A stretch of 63,751 bases of DNA, the filler included, from Phoronis australis (Eukaryota; Animalia; Phoronida): the NCBI GenBank assembly GCA_002633005.1. It is 7 parts of 7 records of this genome, joined end to end, with 100 filler letters (N's around TTAATTAATTAA, not from the genome) between each part and the next. Parts side by side here need not be neighbours in the genome. Positions count along the whole stretch, not along the records: positions 35,017 to 57,013 come from NMRA01000341.1; 6 more parts are not named here. One strand, given 5' to 3'. The position numbers were made by a program, and so were the translations under genes. The notes beneath the pieces are model-generated. The model was not told where the DNA came from. It saw only the letters and a list, made by a program, of their open reading frames with translations, and did not search any database. Shown piece by piece: positions 35,861-47,724 of this stretch (position 1 is its first letter; the number at the start of each line of letters is the position of its first letter).

Positions 35861-38800
35861 ATGAGTTCCTCTTTAAAGTTGTACAAGGTGTTACCTGTTT
35901 ACGTAGTCGAAGATCACAACGACGTAAATTTCATGTTTTTTATTTCCTGTGGTGATGTACAGATATTGAGTTAGCGATCCCTCTACATTTCTTTTTCTGT
36001 TTAACCTTGGCTTTAAAGGATTCCAAACCCGGTTCTGTTCTGGCCTCATTACGGCGTTTTCCCGTTGCTCCCAACTTGTTCGATTCTATAGCCCAACAAC
36101 AAGTTGGGAAGAACACCCCTGTAGCCAATATGTTACATGACTGATTAACTCCATTCAGGCATTTAGGGATGGAGGGCCAGCTCGATAATTGCTCTGATCT
36201 ACAGTAAGATCATATCCATGCAGCCTGACTGGGCTGTGCTGCTAAAAATAAAAGTTGAACATAAACCAATAGCATTTCTGAAATCCTTGTCAAATGGTGA
36301 TCATGTTTAGTTTTTGAATTGCCAAAATCGCCCGACTACAACCGAAGTTACGACAATCTATTCTTTCCGAATGTACCAATTCGGCTCTGGGTTTGACTGT
36401 GTTCACAGGTGGTCTGGTACTGGTAAATAATTGGCCTGCCTGTTGTTATACCAGTGACAAAAGACTGTGCTTGGCAGTTAGCAAAAAAGCTAGATATTAT
36501 CACACACTTACAACCCTTTCCGTCTTGTAAAGTCGCTGAACGGAAAAATGCCATCATGTGTTAACGCTAACACTAACAGATACAAAAAAAGACTGTCATC
36601 TGTCTCACTTGACCAAACACTTCACTGCATCGTGCATGTCCTAACTATAGCTTCATCATACTAAAGACAAGATGTCACTATACAGGGCTTGGAATTTACC
36701 TCTTTTAAGAGAATTGCCTCTTTTTTGTTTCGATTTCCTATTTGATTTTTAGTTTCCTCTTTTCATTTATTTTTTTATCATTATTTTGATTTTCAATATT
36801 CTTCTAAAAAATGTTTCTTGCAGCTAAATTTTACAAAACAAAATATATTTTTTACATAAGCCTATTTTTGTAGAGTGGTCATTCACCTGGAAAATTTTCT
36901 TCTTTCAGTATGGATCATTCCAAGTGCTGTGTCACTCCAAATTATACTTATATAATGATCTGGTTTCATCCAACAACCAACAACCAATTGTAAAATGCAC
37001 ATTGATTAAGCAAAAGTAGGAACAATGTTAAAAGTGGGCCAAAATGCCTGAGGTCATCATCTCCATAAAGTGGACAGATGATTTAGGATGACTGAGTGAA
37101 ATAGTCCGGACCTTTACCTTTCACAATTAAATGCACTGTAATTAGACCAACAGTGGCCTGTTCACTAGTCCAGTCTTTTGAGTGTTCTAACTTCAGTACC
37201 GTATTAAATTTACACTGGTCTAAATCATCTTTGGCATTGGATATAAAATTCTAACTTGTGCTTGAGAAAGAATGTTAGTCCCCCTACTAAATCCATAATG
37301 TGGCCCATTTGCAAACCCTGCTCTTTTGTTATGCAACTGTCCCAGGTATTTTGTGTATGTAAACTCAGCTAGACAATTTATGACCCTGGCTAAATGTTTT
37401 ATTCCAGTACCCCTATGGTTTCTGAAGAGCCCAGCAAGAATGGGGTCAGGGAAACATCAGTTGGCTGAACTGGAATATTGGGACCTGGGAACAGCAGGCC
37501 AACATTTGTTCACATTGCAGTTATAATTGTGTATAGTCTGAGTGACAACACCCTGAGGACTCCGGAATATTGGGACCTGGGAACAGCAGGCCAACATTTG
37601 TTCACATATTGCAGTAATATAATTGCGTATGGTCTGAGTGGCAACACCCTGAGGACTATGGGGCATCCATTTGTGCTTGCATATATTGAAATGGAGCTGA
37701 TGGTTTTGTCTTCACCTTAGTATGGTTTGGTACAGCTTAAAGCGGTCATGAACCTGTGTTCTGTCAAAGAAAACAACTTAGGTAGACTAGTTACTGCTAT
37801 TGTATAATTAGAGATGCTTTAACCATTCTTTTACTCCTACTATGGCTTTCACTAAAACATCGCAGTTGCTTGTCACATCGTGTTTCGTTCAAATACAGGT
37901 AATGAACACAGTTAACATGAAGATGATGTTTGTAGGCACTACCTCACATATACCGAGCTATAGGTTCCAGGCACTTGCCACTAGAGGGAGCCGCACTAGT
38001 TCATGTAGATGCACATCCAGATTTGCTCCTTCCCCAAAGTTTGACTGCGGATGAAGTGTTCTGTAAACAGACACTGTTTGAGTAAGCACTTCTTACTTTT
38101 GAAATCATTTATTGGTTTAACTTCACTGCTTAATAATATTGATAATATGTGAAATGAGATGACAACATGTTGCTTGTATTAACGAGTATCAGCACAATAA
38201 TCTGGAGCACCTTTACTGTGGTGTATTATCATAATGTGTACCTGAGCATTGACAAGTCTTTGTTATGAATTTAGGATATGAGCAACAATTTCACACGTGC
38301 TGTATGGCCTAGCTTGCTATAAGCTAACAGTGCTGAATTGCATTAACTACCAACAAGCAGAACCGAACTGTATTCCATATCAATATCTGCAATCAGCATT
38401 CAAGGGCACATTTCAATGCTCCTCATTGCTCTTGTTCCACTATTCCTCAAGGAAGATCAGCATAGAGAGCTGGATTCTACCCGCCCTGTATGCTGGCCAC
38501 TTCAGCTCAGTGGTGTGGATAAAGCCAGCATGGGCTCAGCAGATTGAAGACAAGACTATTGTGTTTGACATTGGCAAGGACAGGCAGACTGGACAGATCA
38601 GGTACAATTATGTGACATCAATGAGGATTGTGCAATTTACGTTTACAGGTAACAACAAAACATACTGGAAGTAATCTGTAATTTTGTGTTCAGTTAGGAA
38701 AAGGAACCTTTTACATAGTTCTTTAAAAAAGGCACCCTTTCCTAGTGAATTTTGTCTGAAATCTCTTCATCCTTTCACAGAGAAACTACTCGTCAAAAAG

Positions 38801-41800
38801 ACCACATTTGCGAGTGGCATCTTCCATGTGTGAACCTCCCAGCGAGGGTCATGCAGTATTTCATGGGCCATTTTTTTATTTACCTTTGACGTATACTCAT
38901 ATGCTATCCATTCAGTGATCCTTTGTTCCTACCTCAGTATGCCAGAGATAGCAAACAAGACTGCTTAAACATGTGGTGTACAGCACAGTTGAAAGGAACA
39001 TTTCCGCAGCATGTTCTTCTTTTGATTTTAATGAAGGTCTCATTTTGCCACTTTACTTAATATGCTATAGCATGCTGGGGTTCCACAACTACCATCGACT
39101 ACAATCGTGCTAATCGACATTACCTCATCATAGTTCCCAGCTCATACTGACCCGTTATTTCGGTCACTGAATCTTCTTTCCTTAAACGACAATTCACATT
39201 TGTCTAAATGTTTCTATAAGTTGACAATAGTGGATTTTGTTTACCTGTTTTTATATTTTTAATAATACTGTCAGTTTATTTGCACATTGAGAGTAATTTT
39301 TTTATTTTTCAGGTTAACGTGTGTGGAGAGTTACTTCTTAAGTGATGCTCTGTATAGCTCAAAGGAAACACTTGACAATTGTAGACAGATCACTTTACAT
39401 GTGCTGACTTTGAGGTCTGATATGGGCAAGACCAAGAACACATCATTAAGCAAGACCAAGAACACATCATTAAGCAAGACCAAGAACACATCATTAAGCA
39501 AGGACCTATTTAGCTGTAGTTGTAATGAGACTACTAAAATGGCTGCAGGGGTGTGTACCTGTGAAACTCCTGAGGCAGCCTGTACCGATACTAAAATGGC
39601 TGCAGGGGTGTGTACCTGTGAAACTCCTGAGGCAGCCTGTACCGATACTAAAATGGCTGCAGGGGTGTGTACCTGTGAAACTCCTGAGGCAGCCTGTACC
39701 GATTCGTCATATCTGACCCTAAGAGGGTGCCACTTTGTGCTGGATATAGACCTGGATTTCTTTTCCACTCAAAACCCATTCTTGAGCCAGTATACTTCAC
39801 ATCAGTACTCAATGTTGAAACAGTTGTATAAATATGACCCCCCAGCACCTGGAGCTGAGCACGTAAGTTGTTACACACTGAGTGTCCTTAGATAATTGCT
39901 ACTCTGTAGTGCCAACAGTTTTCAATGATAAAGTATAGATTCATATTCGTTAGACCTACTGCATGTTTTAATAAGTTTTGACTCTGCCGCCCATTGCAAG
40001 TATCAATAGTGAAGAGTATAATTAGGGAAATTAAAGATATTCCAAACATTGTAGGAATTCACGACACTGAGGAAAAGGCAACTGGATGATCTTGAAACCA
40101 TATTTTCCAACTTTAAATCAATCAGCGAATGCCAAGACACTAGAAATGAGAGGTAAATGGCTATAGTGCCATGTGTTTTGCACATTTGAATACTGTACAA
40201 GATTTGCTTGTGAGATTGATATGAAAGGATTCAGTACACTGCCAAACTTTGTCAGAATGCAAAAGTTGTTATCAAAACTACTAGCTACCATGAGGAACCT
40301 AGTTTTACCAGAACATAAGTTATGAGTAAAATTTGCTGGATTTAGACGAAAGGCTCGAGTCTGTAACTGAGCTTAGACACGTCACTCATAGACTTGTGTA
40401 TTGTCGCCAAGTAACAACCTGTAGGACTTGACTCTTCTTATTAAGGTTCTTTTCACACTCATTTGCATGTAACTAAGTAAATGAATTGCACGCACTTGTT
40501 TTCTAACGGTATTTATTTTATTTGCCTTATGAACGAAACTACATGTGTGTAAAGATTTATTTTAGAAGCAAATTTCCATAATGTTTGGAGGAGTCAAAGT
40601 AAACTTGCATTTTGTGAATGCATTGTCCAACAGTCACACGGAAGAGTTTAAAGTCATGTAAAATAATGAAGTTGAAAGCTATGTCAAATACATTGTATAT
40701 TGTGGGTGTACATCTACTGCAAAGGTGGCTAACCCAGCTCCAGGCCTGGGGTCTAACCTTGATTTAGAAATTGAATTTAATTATTTTTGTTCTACTTTAA
40801 TTGTATGTACAATGGTTGATGTTAATTCCTAGTAGACATTCCCACTTCATGACCCCAGAATTGAGCTATAATTGTAAACTAAAAATTCAGACTCAAACTT
40901 TTAACCGTAATGGTGGCATCATCACGTGCAAATTAGGATTAAACAGTTATCTACTTTTAAAGCCATTAGTTACTCAAGCATAGAGTAATAGACAATTATG
41001 GCAAAATGTCAAAAAATAATTTTGAATCGGATATCTAGTAAGAATAGACCCTAGGCACTGGTGTTTCAAGTACATTTTAAGGAACAAGGAAACCCACACA
41101 TATCACAATGCCTGGCAAATGCGTACATGGTGCACTTGCTTTAATTTTGGTGACAAACTTTTGGAGGACCCAAAGAAAAACAACCTCCTCTTATGGTGAA
41201 CTGAGCAAGTTTCCATTCGTCATTCTGCAATTTTCAACCCATGGTCATTTTTAATATTTATTTTATGACATACTCCCATCATCTCATGATTATTCCCTTT
41301 TCCGCAAAGTTCGCTCTGATTAACTCCCCAAACATTAACTCATTTGGTTAGTTTAATTGTCGAAAACTTTAATTTCTTTCTCACAGTCTACTCTCAATGG
41401 CAGATTTTTCCAAACTGAGTAGAGCACTGAGGTATAGATATTTATAAGGTCATGTGAACACTGAGTAAAATGTGCAAATTTTTCCTCTTATCAATAAATT
41501 CGACCAGGCCTGTAAAAATGAGTCCACGTAAATGGGCCTTATTATTACAAGTCCATCATAATAAGGTCATGATTCAAAAGAATTTGATATTTGAAATGTA
41601 ACACAGGTACACCTTAGCTGCAGAGTTAATCCAAGATATTCAAAGAAGCTCCACTGAGCCCATAGACTATGAAATGATACACCAGGCAGGCTGTACTTGT
41701 GACGACACAGAACTACCACATCATGTCAGCAATGATGGCGAGATTAAACAACTGATGGTCACCTTGGAAACTTTTCTAAGCGAACTACCAAAGCCTACCC

Positions 41801-42914
41801 TAGTTACAATTGCCAGGTTGGTACAAATTATCAGATTTATAAATAGTACTTTTCAAATGGATATAAACCCGTCAAAGAAAGGAACTTTTGATTTAAACGA
41901 GATACCAGCTATACAATTTGTCTTCACTTGTTTGTTACTATGAAGAGATTTCTGGGCTTAAAGAACTGACAATTTGTTATTCATTGAGACAATCTGTGTA
42001 ATTGCCTCACGGCTGAATGGTTGACGCTCAACTCTTATGCTGGAAATCCCGGTTCGAGTCACGGTTTCGTCAAATTTTCAACATTGGCGCCCAGCGACAC
42101 ATGAAATACCTTTGTGAAGCCAACTCATGGAACTTGGTCAAAAGCAATATAACAAATTGTCAGTTTTTTTAAAAGGATTGAGAAAACAAAAAAATCATTC
42201 AAAATGAATGACTTAAAAACTTTTTGCTTTTCATGAGGAACCTCTTACAGATGATGATAGTCTAAAGGTTGGAGTGAACACCACAGCCCATACACGTAGA
42301 ATTCAGTCCTGCTGCTTGCTGGGCTGTTTGGGCACCTATATAATTCTTTATTGACACCTCTTGTCATGACAGGTACCTGTTGACTGGTGCTTTACTGTGT
42401 TGGGATGGGATGAGGTTATTGAAATTTGCACTTCGGTTCACAGTTAATAATGGGTTTGGTTTAAACTTTCACCTGTTCTAGGAAGCACGTGGAACAAGAT
42501 GTATGATAAAATTTTATGCATTTTAAGAGGATGATTGGGTTTTACGAAAACAATGAGTCAAATCTATCTGAAACAAGGCAAGTGTTATCTCTGGTGGAAA
42601 ATTGCCAAATTTTGAGAAAATGCTATGTAGAGCCATGAGCAAACAAACCATAAATTGCCACTAGGTGACGCCACACTATTCGGACTTATCCCAAAGTCAA
42701 TATCAAGCATTCTTTTCTCATCTGGATGACTGGACTACACTCGATACTACGGCATTCACTATCAATTAATTTTAAATTTTGTATTATACATTTTAGATCA
42801 AGCGAAGATGAGTTTTGTCCCCCTCATCAAGTGAATACTATCCAAAGCCTCTGTCTGAGTATGCTGAGGTCACTATATACAGAGTGTGACATACATCTAG
42901 ACTATATGCAATGA
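35861..42914 (+). CDS. C5orf22: UPF0489 protein, C5orf22 homologue (7 coding exons)
   Basis: Exons 35861-35923, 37936-38081, 38452-38601, 39313-39862, 40055-40152, 41607-41816 and 42797-42914 splice in phase. Motifs [75 protein letters not shown] and [15 protein letters not shown] match C5orf22. Confidence 0.92.
37472..37657. repeat. Intronic ~92-bp tandem duplication
   Basis: ggaatattgggacctgggaacagcaggccaacatttgttcacat...caacaccctgaggact occurs twice (37472, 37564). Confidence 0.9.
39425..39703 (+). repeat. Coding minisatellites in UPF0489 exon 4 (3x24 bp and 3x57 bp)
   Basis: KTKNTSLS x3 and [19 protein letters not shown] x3, exact nucleotide copies that preserve the frame. Confidence 0.95.
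41958..42172 (+). mobile_element. Composite non-autonomous element: inverted termini around a tRNA-like mini-LTR, a PBS and a hammerhead-like remnant
   Basis: TTAAAGAACTGACAATTTGTTAT / ATAACAAATTGTCAGTTTTTTTAA termini. TGT...AACA segment at 41995-42083 with A-box-like GGCTGAATGG and B-box GGTTCGAGTC. TGGCGCCCAGCG at 42085. Confidence 0.6.
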
Positions 42915-45900
42915 GATAACACTCACAACCACAGCTATGGAGTTCAGCCGCAACAGTCAAACGCTGGATAGCTGTTGTTGATATTCACCTTTGTGTGGCT
43001 CACAGTTGCCATGATCACAGTATAGATATCATTATCAAGGCCATTCATGACAGAAACATTATCCTTGTTGGGTGCATCAATTCGATTTTTGAGTCATCGG
43101 CAACGCCGCGGTTAGAAACCAATTTACTGCGAAAATTTTATGGCAAATTCGATTTTTTCCGCGGAAATATAACAAAAATGCGCGGAGGGAATAAGACAAA
43201 AAAGCGGAAATATGCATTTCCGTGGAAAGTTCCAAGCCTTGATCAAACCATGAAGAACCTGCTGAGGGTACCACTATTTGAAAATCAACGCTACCAGTTT
43301 TGGAAAACTGAGAAATTACTTTACATGCGAGTATTATAAAACAATTTAGTAAATGGTCTGGATCAAAAGTTAGCTTCTTTGACGAAATTCGGTTTTATAG
43401 CCGCCGCTTTAAATGTGATACCCATTCCAAAAATAGATTGGAAGTCGCAAAACTTGTCAACCACTTCAGAAAGTTCAACCAAGTGTGCATATTTTCTGCA
43501 GATCTTAAGATAGTGTTTAAATTCAATTTCCTTTTGCTTAGGGTTAGAGAGGAAGGTTGTCTGTGATGGTTGGCAACAATTTTGAAAACTTAACAGTGCG
43601 TCAACATTTAAAAAATACCGCAAGCCCAAAACAAGTTTTGTGTGGCACAATTCAAATTACTAGCACAAGAGAGATATATTGGTGCAATGAGCTATACCAG
43701 GCATAGCTCATTGATTGGTGCATCACTATGCAAAAATCAATGCAGCTGTGGTGGTCACTGGTGGACAGACACTAGACACTATTATTAGGTGTTTCTTTGA
43801 GAGAGCATAACTACCGTGAATAGATGCACAATGTACCGAGATGCAATAAAACCCTAGTCTCTAAAACTTAACTTCAATGGAATTTTGTTATTTTAAATGT
43901 AGCTAACCAGATCATCCTAACAAAGCCTCAACAATAAGAAAACACGAGTTTAATCACTCAAATGTAGGCCCATCATATGATGGGTGGAGCTGCCTTTTCG
44001 TGCCATATTGCGTCACTGAGATCCTAACACAAACAACAAAAGGCAGTTGTATTGAATAGGGGGTCTGAATAGAACACCTTTGCGTGGGGTGTTATTCGCA
44101 GCTGTTAGAATTAAAACGTGATTCTCCGGGTGACGTAGGCATAAACAAGCCTGACAGTTCATTGTATTTGGCAATTTATGGCACTGGTGGGCTCAAAGCT
44201 ATGCTCTTAAACATGCTGTAGGAACCAAATTTACAGGTGTTACTGTTCAACAGGCTTTAATCAGGTGGCAAAGAAACTAAGAAAACATTTGTTGAAAGAG
44301 TCCCAATTGCATAATTGTTATCTATGTAGCACATGCATCTGTATTTATTGTCATCTCTGTAGCACAGGCATCTATTTATTGACTGTCCATGTCATGATAA
44401 AATTGCAAGTTTGTGGTTTCAAAAGGCTGGTGGCCTATGGAATATGTGTATTAATTTGTAAAATTATGTACTAGTAGCAGGTTGTGATTCAAGATGTTTT
44501 CCAAAAGATCATTGCTATGTTTGAAGGTTTACAGGGAGTTGTTGGTATTGCTGATGATTGTATTTAGACGGCTGAAGAACAACATAAAACCTAAGTTGTT
44601 TCACCCATCACACCACTAATTTTGCAGTAGTGTACTTTTCCAAAAAACCATGTAGACCGAGGAATTTGACAAGTAACTTTAGTCAAGCATAGTTACAGTA
44701 ACGGATACAGCATAGCCTTGTAATGCTGTAGCATACCACTCCAAAAATGGTAAAAAGCACATTAAGATTATAAAATCATATTAGTGGTTGAGTAAGTTCT
44801 TATTCTGTTATTACCATGATTTATAACGTAACATTTGATAAATTCAGTGTTAGAAACTGAACAGATGAAATTTTTTTTTCCATATTTTTATTTTGCTCTA
44901 GCATGATAATTACAAGTCAAATCAAACAATATACTATACATCGTTTACAAAAAATAACAATTAAATCATTACTCAACAAGTACCGTATTTCCTTCAGGAT
45001 GTAATTTAATAAAGTTTATGAACAATTGGAAATTAAGATTTTTTTTAACAAACTTTTGGCTACATATGTAATTTTTTGCTAGCATGATCAGCAAATTAAT
45101 ATTACAATTTTCCGACTGAATGTTTCCCAAAAAACCAAAAAACACTGCTATCTTGTCCACATGAAAATTTACATGATATGTTTGTTTTAACCAGTCAGTA
45201 AACAGGAGCCAGAAAACGGAGACAAGACGACATTCCCAAAACAGATGGAGAAAAGTTTCACTGTGTTCACCACAGAAAGAGCATAAATCACTTGTTTTTA
45301 TTTTAATTTTATGTAAATAACTATTAGTTGGCAATATTCTGTGAATTAAGCGGTATTGAAACCAACGCAATTTTGTATCTTTTGTACAATTGAAGGGGAG
45401 TTTATTTACTTTTCTCCACCATGAATCAGAGTCACTAAAATTTACATTATTTATAACACCGTTTATATCTATCTCAGATGACCACTTGTTTTTATACTTA
45501 CAAGCTGTCTGAAGTGACTGTACTAAGGTGTCATAAATATTTACCGCTTGTGATTTATTATGTAAAATTTTATACATATAATTTGGAAAATTTGGNACAG
45601 AGTGTGACATACTGTACACCTAGACTATATGCAATGAGATAACACTCACAACCACAGCTATGGAGCTCAGCCGCAACAGTCAAACGCTGGATAGCTGTTG
45701 TTGATATTCACTTTTGTGTGGCTCACAGTTGCCATGATCACAGTTGCCATGATCACAGTATAGATATCATTATCAAGGCCATTCATGACAGAAACATTAT
45801 CCTTGTTTGGTGCATCAATTCGATTTTCGAGTCGTCGGCAACGCCGCGGTTAGAAACCAATTTACTGCGAAAATTTTATGGCAAATCCGATTTTTTCCGC

Positions 45901-47702
45901 GGAAATATAACAAAAATGCGCGGAGGGAATAAGACAAAAAAGCGGAAATATGCATTTCCGTGGAAAGTTCCAAGCCTTGATCAAACCATGAAGAACTTGC
46001 TGAGGGTACCACTATTTGAAAATCAACGCTACCAGTTTTGGAAAACTGAGAAATTACTTTACATGCGAGTATTATAAAACAATTTAGTAAATGGTCTGGA
46101 TCAAAAGTTAGCTTCTTTGACGAAATTCGGTTTTATAGCCGCTTTAAATGCGATACCCATTCCAAAAATAGATTGGAAGTCGCAAAACTTGTCAACCACT
46201 TCAGAAAGTTCAACCAAATGTGCATATTTTCTGCAGATCTTAAGATAGTGTTTAAAGTCAATTTCCTTTTGCTTAGAGTTAGAGAGGAAGGTTGTCTGTG
46301 ATGGTTGGCAACAATTTTGAAAACTTAACAGTGCGTCAAAGTTTAAAAAATACCGCAAGCCCAAAACAAGTTTTGTGTGGCACAATTCAAATTACTAGCA
46401 CAAGAGAGACAAATGGGTGCATCACTGTGCAAAAATCAATGCAGCTGTGGTGGGCACTGGTGGACAGACACTAGACACTATTATTATAGCAGGTGTATCT
46501 TTGAGGGAACATTGCTACCGTGAACAGATGCACACTGTACTGTAATGCAATGGAACCCTAGTCTCTAAAACTTCAATGGAATTTTAATAAATTAATTAAG
46601 ATGTATTTAGCTAACCAGATCGTTCAAACAAAGCCTCCGCAATAAGAAAATGCGAGTTTAGTCACTCAAATGTAAGCCCACCATATGATATTAGGTGAAG
46701 CTGCCTTATTGTGCCATATTGCATCACCTTGATATCCTAGCACAAACAACAAACTGCAGTTGTGTTGAATGGGGGTCTGAATAGAACACCATTGTGTGGG
46801 GGTGTTATTCCCAGCTGTTTGAATTAAAAGGAGACTTTCCTAATGAGGTCCACAAAAGCCAATAAGCCTAACAGTAAATCATATTTGGCAATTCATGGCA
46901 TTGGTGGGCTCAGAGCTATGCCCTTGAACATACTGTAGGAACCAAATTTACATGATTGTGTTACTGTTCAGGACAGGCTTTAATCAGGTGGCAAAACATA
47001 TTTTGGGAAAGAAACTAAAAAACATATATTAATTTAATTGTTGAAAGAGACCTAGTTGCATAATTGTTATCTATGTAGCACATGGTCTGTATTCATTGAC
47101 TGTAGGTGTCTCTGTAGCACATGCGTCTGTATTTATTGACTGTAGGTGTCTCTGCAGCACATACATTTGTATTTATTGTCATCTCTGTAGCACGTGTCTG
47201 TATTTATTGACAGTCAATGTCCTGGTAAAATTGCGAGCTGCTGGTTTCAAAAGGCTGGTGGTCTATGGAATATGTGCATTTGTATAATTATGTACTAGTA
47301 GCAAATTGTGATTCAAGATGTTTTCCGAAAGATCACTGCTACGTTTGAAGGTTTACCTGCAGTTGTTGGTATTGCTGATTATTGTATTTGGAAGAACGGC
47401 TGAAGAACAACATAAAACCCAAGTTGTTTCACCCATCACACCACTAATTTTGCCGTATTGTACTTTTCTAAAAACCATGTAGACCGAGGAATTTGACAAG
47501 TAACTTTAGTCAAGCATAGTTACTGTAACGGATACAGCATAGCCGTGTAATGCTGTAGCATACCACTCCAAAACTGGTAAAAAGCACAAAAGTCATTTAG
47601 ATCATAACACCATACAGTGGTTGAGTAAGTTCTTATTCTGTTATTACCATGATTATGTAACATTTGATAAATTCAATGTTAGAAACTGAACAGATGAAAT
47701 TT
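42879..47702. repeat. N-joined ~2-kb duplication (42879-44873 vs 45597-47702), probably two haplotypes
   Basis: The same sequence from the end of the UPF0489 last exon to the NOP9 3'UTR occurs twice with SNPs and indels. The second copy starts right after a single N at 45596. Confidence 0.85.
44871..45595 (-). mobile_element. L1/Tx1-clade non-LTR retrotransposon 3' end (ORF2 C-terminal zinc-finger region)
   Basis: ORF 45595-44969: KLRWFQYRLIHRILPTNSYLHKIKIKTSDLCSFCGEHSETFLHLFWEC (CCHC zf-RVT). The A-rich tail ends in the A-run seen as T 44871-44879. Confidence 0.88.
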
Positions 47703-47724
47703 GTTACAAAACTCCTGTTTGTAG

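Noticed and set aside
42995-43650. ORFs of 114 and 95 aa 'conserved' at 45718-46385
   Set aside because: The conservation only reflects the haplotype-like duplication of 3'UTR/intergenic DNA; no protein motifs.
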